NCBI GenBank assembly: GCA_017436245.1
Contig: JAFSDN010000088.1
Coordinates: 10,075-74,074, forward strand
DNA from: Clostridia bacterium
GTDB lineage: Bacteria > Bacillota > Clostridia > Monoglobales > Monoglobaceae
Direction: 5' to 3'
Length of the DNA stretch: 64,000 bases
The number at the start of each line of letters is the position of its first letter. Position 1 is the stretch's first letter. Positions 10,503-19,584 of this stretch are shown in pieces. The notes beneath the pieces are model-generated. The model had not been told where the DNA came from and did not search any database. It was given only the letters and a program-made list of their open reading frames with translations. Made by a program: the position numbers and the translations under genes.

Positions 10503-11616
10503 TTTTTTTACCTCCGAGGTTTTTATATATATTTTCTATGTTTTCAGCATATTTTTGAGCTGTGAATTTGGTTTTGAAAATTTCTTTGCTCTTTTCCGAC
10601 ATACGGGAATAAAGCACGTCATCGGTAAACAGCTCGGTAAGCCTTTGGGCAAGGGCTTTGGGGTCATGGGTGGGAACAATAAATCCGTTTTCACCGTTTT
10701 TGATAACCCCCGGATTACCGCCAAAATCCGACACCACAGCAGGCTTCCCAAGGCTCATGCCTTCAAGAAGTGAAAGGCTTGTTGCCTCAGTGCCGAAGGA
10801 GCAGTTGCATTGAACGTCCATAAGGTTCATAAGGGGTTCAACATTGTTCAAAAAGCCAAGCATAATCACATAATCTTCAAGACCTTTCTCTTTGATTTGT
10901 TTGTGTATGGAGGCCTCCATGTCGCCTGTTCCTGCAATGAAGAATTTTGCTTTTATGCCTTTTGACTTCAGCTCCGATGCCGCCTGAACAAAGTATTTGT
11001 GGCCTTTGACCTCATTGAGCCTTGCAACAATTGCGGCACACTTGGTATCTTCTGTGATGTTGTATTCACTGCGAAGCCCGGCAATCTGCTCGGGAGTATA
11101 TGGCGTGAGGGGTTCAACACCGTTGAGAACCACATCAATTTTTTTCTCTGAGACGCCGATTGCGGTTATGTTGTCCTTTGCCGCTTCTGCCACGGCAATT
11201 ATTTTGTGAGCGGTTGAGTTGTTCACAAATCCGCAGACCGCCTTGCCGATTCCTTTTGTGAGCCTTGGTGACGGCGGAAAAACGCTGTGACGTGTGTAGA
11301 CAATTTTGATTCCGCACAGCTTTGCGGCAATTCGTGCCGACATACTTGCGTGAGTGTGGACAATGTGGGGTTTAAATTCTTTGAACACCTTGCAGAGCTT
11401 TTGGATTGCCTTGAAGTCAAGGGACTTGTCCGCCATGGCGGCAATTTCAAAAACCTTGAAGCCCAGCACCTCAACCTGAGGCTTCAGCAGGCTGTTTTCG
11501 GGAAGAACAACTCCAATGTGAAAATTTTTACGGTCACAGTGTTTCAGATATGTGAGAATGCATTTTCCTGCACCGCCTATATTGGTGTCGGAGCAGACCT
11601 GAAGAACTCTAATCAT
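10492..11616 (-). CDS. Glycosyltransferase family 4 (GT-B fold)
   Basis: 374 aa. The N-terminus is MIRVLQVCSDTNIGGAGK. The C-terminal region has the typical EGMSLGKPAVVSDFGGNPGVI...GENGFIV E-x7-E-type motif. Confidence 0.85.
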   Translation of the reverse strand: MIRVLQVCSDTNIGGAGKCILTYLKHCDRKNFHIGVVLPENSLLKPQVEVLGFKVFEIAAMADKSLDFKAIQKLCKVFKEFKPHIVHTHASMSARIAAKLCGIKIVYTRHSVFPPSPRLTKGIGKAVCGFVNNSTAHKIIAVAEAAKDNITAIGVSEKKIDVVLNGVEPLTPYTPEQIAGLRSEYNITEDTKCAAIVARLNEVKGHKYFVQAASELKSKGIKAKFFIAGTGDMEASIHKQIKEKGLEDYVIMLGFLNNVEPLMNLMDVQCNCSFGTEATSLSLLEGMSLGKPAVVSDFGGNPGVIKNGENGFIVPTHDPKALAQRLTELFTDDVLYSRMSEKSKEIFKTKFTAQKYAENIENIYKNLGGKKNEN

Positions 11617-13507
11617 TTGTTTTTGCCTCCGTTTCCTGCGATTCGGTTTTTGCTATCTGACAGCACGCAATTCCGATGGCGAGATACGACCAAAAGATAG
11701 CAAAGACACGGTAATTATAAAAGCAGTTGTCAAACATTCCCTGAAGAAGAAAGCCTGCAACCGCCGAACCGATTGCCACAATAACTATGGAAAGGGGATG
11801 TCCCTTGCCCATATATTGAAATCCTGCAACCAGCTTTTTGAAGAACAAAAACAGCAAAAGCAGGAATGTGAAAATTCCAAGAACACCCGTTTCGGTCACA
11901 ACCTGCAAAAACAGATTGTGGGGATGGGGGGCAACGATGGCATTGTATGAATAAAAGGGATAAACCTGAGTGAAGGCTTCAGTTCCCAGACCAATGCCCG
12001 AAATCCAGAAATCCTTCAGCATAAGGAGTGTTCCAAGCCAGATATAAACACGGTACGAGGTTGATGAATCGCCCATATCCCCGATGCTTGTGAAACGGTT
12101 GATTATGCTTTCGGGCAGGAGCATTGGAAGGAGCGGCAGTGCAATGAGAGCCAGTCCCCATATTTTTCCTGCGGTGAAGGTAACAAAGATTGCCGCTGAT
12201 GCCATAAAGCCCAGCCAGCAGCCTCTTGAAAATGTGAGAATCAGAGCCAAGCCAAGGACTGCGGAAATTCCCGCAAAAACAAATTTTGAAAATGTTTTTT
12301 TGCTTGTCCATATTAATGCAACCGAGACGGGCAGGGCAAGGAGAATATATTCACCTAAGACATTTGGGTTTTCCAGGGTTGAATATATACGCATTTTTAT
12401 GTCGTCAAACATCTGTTCGTCCATCCATGCCTGACTTACGTTCCAGCCAAAAAGGTACTGGGCAATTCCGTAAAGACATACCGCAAGTGCCGAAAGTGCA
12501 AATACCTTGAGGATTATGAACAGCTGTTTTTTGGTTTTGATTGTGTTGATAATCACAAAGTAAAACAGCATAAATGAAACATAAACCGCCAGAATTTGCA
12601 TACTTTTCATGGGCGCAAATGAGGTTATTGTTGCAAAAAGGTAAACTGCCATCATAATGATAATCAACAGCCCGATTCCTTCTGTGCGGAAGGTGAACTT
12701 TTTTGTGGTGAGTGCTCTGAGCACAAGTGAGAACAGGCAAAGGAGAGATAGCCCCAAAACCGCCATGGTTGGGAGAATGGGGGCAAGGAATACTGTTGTA
12801 TATATCCCGAACTCCACCTTGTAAAGCACAAGGGCAAAGAAGAAAAGTCCGCCAATGAACAGTATTGAAAAGATTGGCGAAAGTGCCACGCCCACTATTC
12901 CTGCAACAACACCGAATATTCCTGCCCACACAAGACGGCTGTTTCCGCCGCATTTTGTCAGGTAGAAAAAGTCAAAGCTGAAATCTTCGTCAAGGGCAGT
13001 CTGGCAAAATCTAACCAGAAACGATTCGGGTAAAAGCTCTGTGAGATTTACGTCAATAAAGTACAGCAGAACTCCAAGCACAGAACAAATTGCAGGGATT
13101 ATAAATCCGTTGCCTCTGGCAACTGCACCCCCGAATAATGTCAATGAGGCGGCGGCAATGAGGATGCCGAGAAACCTCAGATTCAGGGCAAGGAGATTGT
13201 GAAGCAGATAGTTGAATAGTCTCACAATTCCGCTTCGTTCCTTCAGAGCAACAAGTTTTTCACGGTGTTTTTTGCAGATGCTTTCAATCAATCTGAATGG
13301 AGAAAAACATATTTTGCCCCATATGCTGTTGTTCACCGTTTCGTCGGAAAAATAGGTTTTTCTGAAAAGGTTTGTGAAACGGCTTGTCAGCCATTGGCGT
13401 GAAATGAAGCCGTACAGCTTGCAAAGGAGTTTGTAGGTTACGCTGTGTTTGATTATGTTGTGCCACAGAAACAGCCAGAATGTCATGAAATAACCCTTAG
13501 TTTCCAT
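11609..13507 (-). CDS. O-antigen ligase/polymerase-like (Wzy_C domain) polytopic membrane protein
   Basis: The start was set at ATG 13507 (METKGYF), preceded by AGGAGG. The protein has many TM segments and the Wzy_C-like motif TFSRGCWLGF. It overlaps murJ by 11 nt and the GT4 gene by 8 nt. Confidence 0.7.
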   Translation of the reverse strand: METKGYFMTFWLFLWHNIIKHSVTYKLLCKLYGFISRQWLTSRFTNLFRKTYFSDETVNNSIWGKICFSPFRLIESICKKHREKLVALKERSGIVRLFNYLLHNLLALNLRFLGILIAAASLTLFGGAVARGNGFIIPAICSVLGVLLYFIDVNLTELLPESFLVRFCQTALDEDFSFDFFYLTKCGGNSRLVWAGIFGVVAGIVGVALSPIFSILFIGGLFFFALVLYKVEFGIYTTVFLAPILPTMAVLGLSLLCLFSLVLRALTTKKFTFRTEGIGLLIIIMMAVYLFATITSFAPMKSMQILAVYVSFMLFYFVIINTIKTKKQLFIILKVFALSALAVCLYGIAQYLFGWNVSQAWMDEQMFDDIKMRIYSTLENPNVLGEYILLALPVSVALIWTSKKTFSKFVFAGISAVLGLALILTFSRGCWLGFMASAAIFVTFTAGKIWGLALIALPLLPMLLPESIINRFTSIGDMGDSSTSYRVYIWLGTLLMLKDFWISGIGLGTEAFTQVYPFYSYNAIVAPHPHNLFLQVVTETGVLGIFTFLLLLFLFFKKLVAGFQYMGKGHPLSIVIVAIGSAVAGFLLQGMFDNCFYNYRVFAIFWSYLAIGIACCQIAKTESQETEAKTND

Positions 13508-15113
13508 TTTTGAACCTCCTGATTTGCTTGAATTCGTCAACTCTGAGTACAAATGCCGAAAGCAGATATACCAAAAGTCCTGCCAGAGCCGAAATTCCTG
13601 CTCTGATTGATGTGATTATGTTTCCGCCCTCCAAAAAATCAAGAAGCGGATAAATTGCGTAAGTCACAGCACCGCAAAGGATTGCCGCAACAATTATTTT
13701 TGTCATGTTGATTACAAAGGAGAGGGGAATTGTGCCGCCTTTACGCTTGTTTATCATAAAGAGGAGAACAATTGCCATCATCCATGAGCTGATTGCACTT
13801 GCAAGAGCCAGACCGCCGATTCCCATTTTTACGGAGTTTACCAGTATAAATGCCGCCCCGAAATTTACTGCAATACCAAAAATTGAGGCAAACATGGGGG
13901 TTTTTCCGTCACGGATGGCATAAAAACTTTTGTTCAGAATCTCACAAATGGCATAGCCCACCATGCCAAAGGAATAGAAGAAAAGCGCATTTGCAGTAAC
14001 CGAGGTGTCATCCGCCGAGAACTGACCGTATTCAAACACAATTTTGATTATGGGCTCGCTGAGGGCAACAAACAATGCCGAAATCAACGCAATGATAATG
14101 ATTATCCAGCCAAGGGAGGTTCGGGTTGTTTCGGAAAAGCCCTCGTTGTTGTCGCCTGCGTTGAGCCGTGAGAGCTTTGGAAAAATAAAGTTTGTTACGG
14201 CATAGGCAAAAACCCCGACCATTATTATATACAGCTTGTTTGCCCAGTTCAGAGCAATTACGGCACCGTTACCCATAAATGAGCCAAATGCGGTGTTGAT
14301 TGCAACACAAAGGGGCTGAACCCACGAACTGATCAGAACGGGAATTGCCAGCCTTACTGCATCACGGATGCCTTCATCCTTCAAATTAAGCCGTGGACGA
14401 TACCGAAAGCCCTTTTTGAAAAGTGCCGGAATCTGAATGAAAAGCTGTGATGCCCATGCAATCAGCATGGAAACAATAACACCCGTCAGCCCGAATTTGT
14501 TGCCTGCTGCAATCAGATACAAAATCATTATCAGATTTGAAACTGCACTGATGAGGGCGGGAATGTTGAATTCGCCAAAGGACTGAAGTATTCCCACCGA
14601 CGTAAATGCCGCAGCGGTGAAAACAATTGATGGGAACAAAATCCGCAGCAGCTTTGCGGTTTGTGCAACCTTTTCGGGAGAATAGCCCGGAGCCATTAGC
14701 CGCACAAGGGGCTCGGCAAAAATCATACCAAGCACCGCACCTGCTGTTGCAAAGGTTATTACTGCGGTCATAAAGTTGTTTGCAAAGTCCATTGCACGTT
14801 CCTTGCTGTCACGTTCAAGAAACTTGTTGAATACAGGAACAAAGGTTGAAAGTATTGCAACACCCAAGGTCATATCAAAAAACAGCAGAGGAATTTGGGT
14901 TGAGGTGCTGATTATGTCGGCGGCATCCGTTCTGCCGTATACGCTTGCAATCAAAGTTTCACGCAAAAGACCCATTACCTTTGCCATAAATGTTATAACA
15001 GCCATAAAACCGATTATCCGCACGGTTTTTGTCTGTGAGTTATTTTTCAAAAAATCACTTCCTACAATATAATTCTGCTGTGGCAGGATTGTACGGATAT
15101 TATACCACAACAT
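13497..15113 (-). CDS. murJ: Lipid II flippase MurJ (MviN family)
   Basis: 538 aa and polytopic. The N-terminal motif VMGLLRETLIASVYG is typical of MurJ. The true start may be an internal TTG (LKNNSQ...) after GGAAGTG. Confidence 0.8.
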   Translation of the reverse strand: MLWYNIRTILPQQNYIVGSDFLKNNSQTKTVRIIGFMAVITFMAKVMGLLRETLIASVYGRTDAADIISTSTQIPLLFFDMTLGVAILSTFVPVFNKFLERDSKERAMDFANNFMTAVITFATAGAVLGMIFAEPLVRLMAPGYSPEKVAQTAKLLRILFPSIVFTAAAFTSVGILQSFGEFNIPALISAVSNLIMILYLIAAGNKFGLTGVIVSMLIAWASQLFIQIPALFKKGFRYRPRLNLKDEGIRDAVRLAIPVLISSWVQPLCVAINTAFGSFMGNGAVIALNWANKLYIIMVGVFAYAVTNFIFPKLSRLNAGDNNEGFSETTRTSLGWIIIIIALISALFVALSEPIIKIVFEYGQFSADDTSVTANALFFYSFGMVGYAICEILNKSFYAIRDGKTPMFASIFGIAVNFGAAFILVNSVKMGIGGLALASAISSWMMAIVLLFMINKRKGGTIPLSFVINMTKIIVAAILCGAVTYAIYPLLDFLEGGNIITSIRAGISALAGLLVYLLSAFVLRVDEFKQIRRFKNGN

Positions 15114-15132
15114 TTGGCAAAAGTAAAGATAA

Positions 15133-15161
15133 TTGACTGTATTTTATGTTTGTGTTATAAT
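15133..15161 (+). promoter_or_regulatory. Sigma-A type promoter for apbE
   Basis: TTGACT (15133-15138), a 17-nt spacer, then extended -10 TGT-TATAAT (15153-15161), about 30 nt upstream of the apbE RBS. Confidence 0.6.
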
Positions 15162-15191
15162 AAGTTTACAGTATTTTAAAGGAGCGAATTC

Positions 15192-16148
15192 ATGAACAAA
15201 TTGAGATGGGGTATTCTGGCGGTGGTTCTTGTGGTCTGTGCGGCATTGTTTTTCGGATTTGTGCTGCATAATGAGGAGTACACAGGACAGGAGTTTATGT
15301 TTGATACGCTTTGCAGTATTACAGCATACGGTGATGAGGCGCAGAACGCTGTTGAGGCGGCATTAGAGCGTGCCCGTGAGATACACAGCATAACCAACGG
15401 TTTTTCGGGTGATTCGGAGGTTTCGGGGATAAACTCTGCAAAAGCCGGCGAAAAGGTGAAAATCAGCAGAGATATTGCAAAAATTCTCCAAACTGCAAGG
15501 AAAGTTGAGACGGCAAGCAATGGTGCTTTTGATGTGAGCATTGCATCGGTGGTCAGGCTTTGGAATTTTGACGGTGAGGGCAGAGTTCCGTCAGAAAAAG
15601 AAATTGCAGAGGCACTTTCGCGGTCGGGCGGTGAGAAATTTATTATGGATTTTGATGAGGGGCTTGTTATAAAAAAAGAAGATGGCATACTCATTGACCT
15701 TGGGGGTGTTGCAAAGGGCTATGCGGCGGATGAAGCTGTTAAGGTTCTGAAGGAACACGGAGTGCAGGGGGCAATTGTGGATTTTGGCGGAAATATTTTA
15801 TGCTTTGGCAAAAATCCAAATTCTGACGACGGATTGTGGCGTGTGGGTGTTCAAAAGCCATTTGCGCCCTTGGGCGAGGTTGATGAGGAGAATATAATTG
15901 AAGTTTCGGAAGCTGCAGTTGTGACAAGCGGAACATATCAGCGATATTTTGAAAAAAACGGGGAAAAATATCATCATATTATAGATACGGCAACGGGTTA
16001 TCCTGCAAACAGGGAATACAGCAGCGTTACCGTTGTGGCAGAGAACGGTCTTGTTGCCGACTGTCTTTCCACGGCGTGTTTTGTTTTGGGCAAGGAAAAG
16101 GGGACGGAGCTTGCAAAGAGTTTTGGGGCTGAGATTTTTTTCAAATGA
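15192..16148 (+). CDS. apbE: FAD:protein FMN transferase (ApbE family)
   Basis: 318 aa with an N-terminal signal or anchor sequence. It carries the ApbE motifs DLGGVAKGYAADEA and VVTSGTYQRYF...HHIIDTATGYP. Confidence 0.88.
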   Translation: MNKLRWGILAVVLVVCAALFFGFVLHNEEYTGQEFMFDTLCSITAYGDEAQNAVEAALERAREIHSITNGFSGDSEVSGINSAKAGEKVKISRDIAKILQTARKVETASNGAFDVSIASVVRLWNFDGEGRVPSEKEIAEALSRSGGEKFIMDFDEGLVIKKEDGILIDLGGVAKGYAADEAVKVLKEHGVQGAIVDFGGNILCFGKNPNSDDGLWRVGVQKPFAPLGEVDEENIIEVSEAAVVTSGTYQRYFEKNGEKYHHIIDTATGYPANREYSSVTVVAENGLVADCLSTACFVLGKEKGTELAKSFGAEIFFK

Positions 16149-16162
16149 TTATTTGATATGAA

Positions 16163-16307
16163 ATGACAGCAAATGCTTTGCTGTCATGAAAACTATTTCT
16201 CAAAATAGTTTTCGAAGACTTCGTTGCAATGAAGTGTCGGGAATTTGCTATGCAAATTCTTTGTCAAAACAGGGTTTTGACTCAGGAAAACATTAAAAAT
16301 GTTTTCC
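16163..16307. repeat. Array of tandem hairpins in the apbE 3' intergenic region
   Basis: There are five perfect hairpins back to back: 16163-16187 (11-bp stem), 16188-16213 (11 bp), 16241-16259 (8 bp), 16263-16281 (8 bp) and 16285-16307 (10 bp). One imperfect hairpin lies at 16217-16238. All loops are 3-4 nt. Confidence 0.85.
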
Positions 16308-16325
16308 CACACGGCACATTCATTA

Positions 16326-16354
16326 TTGACATTGGTGTGTAAAAACTGTATAAT
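16326..16354 (+). promoter_or_regulatory. Consensus sigma-A promoter
   Basis: TTGACA (16326-16331), an exact 17-nt spacer and TATAAT (16349-16354), 36 nt upstream of the 16390 start codon. Confidence 0.7.
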
Positions 16355-16389
16355 GATAAATAAGAATTTTTCGGGAGAAAAGTGTTATT

Positions 16390-16896
16390 ATGGGATTTTT
16401 TTCTTTTTTATGGAACAATTTTTGGGGTAAAACAATTGTAACCTTTATTCTTTCCATGTCTCCGATACTGGAGTTGCGAGGCTCAATTGCATACGGTTTG
16501 GGTGCGGGACTGGACAGACGGTTTGTTTTTCTTGTTGCAATAATCGGGAACATAATTCCCGTTCCTTTTATTATCTTGTTTATCCGAAAAGTGTTTGAGT
16601 GGATGCGCAAGCACATGAAATGGCTTGGAGGCCTGGTTGAACGGCTTGAAGCAAAGGGCAATGACCCGAAAAATCAGGAAAAAATTAAAAAATACGGTTT
16701 TTGGGGCTTGCTTATGTTTGTTGCAATACCTCTCCCCGGCACGGGTGCGTGGACGGCGGCGTTGGTTGCGGCAATGCTTGGGATGCGGCTGAAGGATGCG
16801 GTTCCAGCCATTTGTATTGGTGTTATCAGTGCGGGAATTATTGTTACTGTGGCGTATTCGGGCATTTTGGGAGCTGTTGGCGAACTTTTGAAATAG
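16390..16896 (+). CDS. Small multidrug-export-like membrane protein (COG2426 family)
   Basis: 168 aa with 4-5 TM segments. The motif SPILELRGSIAYGLGAGL is characteristic of this family, as I recall it. Confidence 0.6.
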   Translation: MGFFSFLWNNFWGKTIVTFILSMSPILELRGSIAYGLGAGLDRRFVFLVAIIGNIIPVPFIILFIRKVFEWMRKHMKWLGGLVERLEAKGNDPKNQEKIKKYGFWGLLMFVAIPLPGTGAWTAALVAAMLGMRLKDAVPAICIGVISAGIIVTVAYSGILGAVGELLK

Positions 16897-16905
16897 GGTG
16901 ATGAT

Positions 16906-17457
16906 TTGCTTTTTGGAACAGAAGCCTTTGAACTGACAATTCTTGAAAAATTACACGGAGCGTTTTCCTGCGGTTTTATGGATTGGCTGATGAAAGCCTT
17001 TTCGACCATTGGGAATGCAGGCATTGTGTGGATTCTGGTTGTGCTGATTATGCTTGCCGTAAAAAAATATCGCAAAACAGGCTTTATGATGGCAGCAGGA
17101 TTGATTCTGGGGCTGATTATAGGAAATCTTGTGCTGAAGAATGTTGTTGCAAGGCCACGACCTTGCTGGCTTGATGACGGGATTCGGTTGCTGATTTCAA
17201 ATCCCACGGACTATTCCTTCCCTTCGGGACATACTCTGGCATCCTTTGTGTCGGCATTTGTCCTTTTGGGGGACAGCAAAAGGCTTGGAATACCTGCCTT
17301 GATTGTTGCGGCATTCATTGCTTTTTCAAGAATGTATCTTTTTGTGCATTTCCCAACCGATATTTTTGGGGGAATATTGCTTGCGTGGCTGATTGTTTTT
17401 GGAATGAAATCCTTTGTGAAGTGGTATAAAAAACTTGCTCAGAATAATGAGAATTAG
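16906..17457 (+). CDS. PAP2-family phosphatase (undecaprenyl-diphosphatase BcrC-like)
   Basis: It carries the acid-phosphatase motifs KNVVARPRP, PSGH and SRMYLFVHFPTD. The start is a TTG and is uncertain. Confidence 0.8.
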   Translation: MLFGTEAFELTILEKLHGAFSCGFMDWLMKAFSTIGNAGIVWILVVLIMLAVKKYRKTGFMMAAGLILGLIIGNLVLKNVVARPRPCWLDDGIRLLISNPTDYSFPSGHTLASFVSAFVLLGDSKRLGIPALIVAAFIAFSRMYLFVHFPTDIFGGILLAWLIVFGMKSFVKWYKKLAQNNEN

Positions 17458-17464
17458 ATTATAT

Positions 17465-17509
17465 AACATAGCAAAACAGGTCTGTGATGCAGACCTGTTT
17501 TGCTATGTT
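17465..17509. terminator. Bidirectional terminator hairpin between the PAP2 gene and lrgB
   Basis: A perfect 20-bp stem aacatagcaaaacaggtctg/cagacctgttttgctatgtt with loop tgatg. Its last nucleotide (17509) overlaps the lrgB stop codon (17509-17511). Confidence 0.85.
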
Positions 17510-18189
17510 TAGATGAATAAGGATAAAAACACGGTAATCAATCCGCAAAGGCCAACGGCAATGCCGCTGAGCGAGCCTTCAACTTCGCCAAGCTCCACCG
17601 CTTTTGAAGTTCCAAGAGCGTGACACGAAGCCCCGATGGCAAGACCTGCCGCAACGGAGTTGTCAAGTCGTGACCACCTTATGAAGTAGGGTGACATAAC
17701 TGCTCCGAAAATTCCCGTGACCGCAACTGCCGCAACGGTGATTGAGGGGATTCCACCAAGCTGTGCCGAGAGGTCGGATGCAATGGCGGTGGTGATTGAT
17801 TTTGGAATCAGACTGGCGGTTATCTCGGCGGTGAGACCAAAGGCTTTGCAAAGTAATGCAATGCTTATTACCGCAACGGCTGAACCAACTGTGCAGCCCA
17901 CGATGATTGGCACAATGTTCTTTTTTATGACCTTCATCTGACGGTACATTGAAAGGGCCAGGGCGGCGGTTGCGGGGGCAAGGAACATTCCCACCGTGCT
18001 TGCACCGGCTTTGAAGTTTTCAAGGGGAATCCCAAATACCAGCAGAACGGCAATGCAGATTACTGCTGACACAATGAGGGGGTTTACAATGGGATAATTG
18101 AACCGTGATTTTAGTTTTACACCTATGCAATATGCTATAACGCAAAGGGTAAACCCGAAAATCGGCTGTGATGTGAATTGGTTAAGCAT
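17509..18189 (-). CDS. lrgB: LrgB/CidB-family membrane protein
   Basis: 226 aa and polytopic. It has an LrgB-like sequence and is paired with an upstream LrgA-like gene, which it overlaps by 8 nt. Confidence 0.8.
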   Translation of the reverse strand: MLNQFTSQPIFGFTLCVIAYCIGVKLKSRFNYPIVNPLIVSAVICIAVLLVFGIPLENFKAGASTVGMFLAPATAALALSMYRQMKVIKKNIVPIIVGCTVGSAVAVISIALLCKAFGLTAEITASLIPKSITTAIASDLSAQLGGIPSITVAAVAVTGIFGAVMSPYFIRWSRLDNSVAAGLAIGASCHALGTSKAVELGEVEGSLSGIAVGLCGLITVFLSLFI

Positions 18190-18562
18190 CTTTGGACTCC
18201 TTTCGGAATTTGTTCATAAGGTATATGGTGAATTTAACCGCATATGCTGTGGCAAAGAAGGTTATCACCGTTGTGATTATGCAAATAAACAAAAATTGCC
18301 ATATTATGCTTTTGAACACATCAATATATGAGATGATTGAAACCGTTGAGGGCAAAAATACAAAAGACATATTTTTCAGCAGAAAGTCGGATACGGTGTT
18401 TATCTGTTCGGTTTTTATGAGTCCTGAAATCAACAGCAGAAAAAGAAGAACCAGGGCTATTACACTTCCCGGAAAGGGAAAGGGCAGCATCAGTGAAATT
18501 AAATCGCCAATGCAGCAAAGTGTAAACAAGCGGATTATCTGACCAAAAATCTTCATTTGCAT
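18182..18562 (-). CDS. lrgA: LrgA/CidA-family holin-like protein
   Basis: 126 aa with four TM segments. It lies immediately upstream of lrgB and overlaps it. Confidence 0.75.
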   Translation of the reverse strand: MQMKIFGQIIRLFTLCCIGDLISLMLPFPFPGSVIALVLLFLLLISGLIKTEQINTVSDFLLKNMSFVFLPSTVSIISYIDVFKSIIWQFLFICIITTVITFFATAYAVKFTIYLMNKFRKESKDA

Positions 18563-18687
18563 ACTCCTTTTGTAAAATCTGTTAACAGTATATCACAAAG
18601 TATGGTTTTTGTATATTTATAATATTGACAAATATTTTTCTTTCGTGGTAAACTATTTGGAGATGTTGATAAAATTGCCGAAAAGGA

Positions 18688-19185
18688 GTGTTGACGGTGA
18701 ATGAAGATAAATCTTTGACAGCTTGTTGCTTTACGGGGCATCGCAGTATTCCTTTTGAGCACAAACAAAAGCTCAGAGCGCTGCTTTCTGTGGCGGTCAG
18801 AGAGCTTTATGAAAGAGGTTGCCGTGAGTTTCTTTCGGGAGGAGCTCTGGGCTTTGATATTCTGGCGGCTGAGGTGGTTTTGAAGCTGAAAGAAACCTGC
18901 TCCGATGCAAGGCTGATTATGGCACTGCCCTGCAAAGAACAGGATAAATTGTGGAATAAAGCCGATAAAATCAGATATAAAACCGTTCTTGCCGCAGCGG
19001 ATGAAAGGGTTTTCCTTTGTGAAGAATACTGCACGGGCTGTATGCATCTGAGGAATAAGTATCTTGTTGAAAACAGCGGTTTTTGTGTTGCTTATTATTC
19101 TCACAGGGGCGGCGGAACGGAGTATACTGTGAACTATGCTCGTGAAAGGGAGCTTGAAATTATAAATCTTGCCTATATGATGTGA
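18688..19185 (+). CDS. DUF1273 / SLOG-superfamily protein (YpsA-like)
   Basis: The motif CCFTGHRSIP...FLSGGALGFDILAAEVV matches the DUF1273 signature. The start is a GTG. A possible promoter is TTGACA (18625-18630) with TGG-TAAACT (18646-18654). Confidence 0.7.
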   Translation: MLTVNEDKSLTACCFTGHRSIPFEHKQKLRALLSVAVRELYERGCREFLSGGALGFDILAAEVVLKLKETCSDARLIMALPCKEQDKLWNKADKIRYKTVLAAADERVFLCEEYCTGCMHLRNKYLVENSGFCVAYYSHRGGGTEYTVNYARERELEIINLAYMM

Positions 19186-19463
19186 GCCGAAAATACAATA
19201 AATGCCGCAATCACTGCCGTTGCCGCAAGAAATTTGAGCCAGCCGGGAATACGGCGGCTCTTTTTTTGCATAAGTGATTTGTGGTGTTCAACCTGACGGA
19301 TATAGTTGTTGATGATGTTTTGGGCTTCGTTTGCAATGCTTATATCTGCTCCTGCGGGCAGAATGTCCGATTTGTCGGATTTCAGAATGAAAATTGCCTG
19401 GTCAATGGTGCCTGACTGGATGTTGTTTATTATTATAACTCGTCTTGATTTTTTGTCTGTCAT
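19173..19463 (-). CDS. Small hypothetical protein with a C-terminal TM anchor
   Basis: 96 aa. The C-terminus is hydrophobic (GWLKFLAATAVIAAFIVFSAHII). I recognise no family. Confidence 0.4.
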   Translation of the reverse strand: MTDKKSRRVIIINNIQSGTIDQAIFILKSDKSDILPAGADISIANEAQNIINNYIRQVEHHKSLMQKKSRRIPGWLKFLAATAVIAAFIVFSAHII

Positions 19464-19532
19464 ATACCTTCCCTGCCTTTTTTAATATATGGAAAGTATT
19501 TACATTAAGGGCGGAGTTTATACAATAAAAAT

Positions 19533-19566
19533 AACAAACCGTCTTGCGTTTGCAAGACGGTTTGTT
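19533..19566 (-). terminator. Rho-independent terminator of the 19585-21408 SLH gene
   Basis: A perfect 15-bp stem aacaaaccgtcttgc/gcaagacggtttgtt with loop gttt, followed on the minus strand by atttttatt. Confidence 0.85.
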
Positions 19567-19584
19567 GGAGTTGGAATTTGTATT

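Noticed and set aside
15176-15694. 172-aa minus-strand ORF opposite apbE
   Set aside because: It is antisense to a motif-rich ApbE gene, is a Ser/Ala/Phe-rich shadow ORF and has no RBS.
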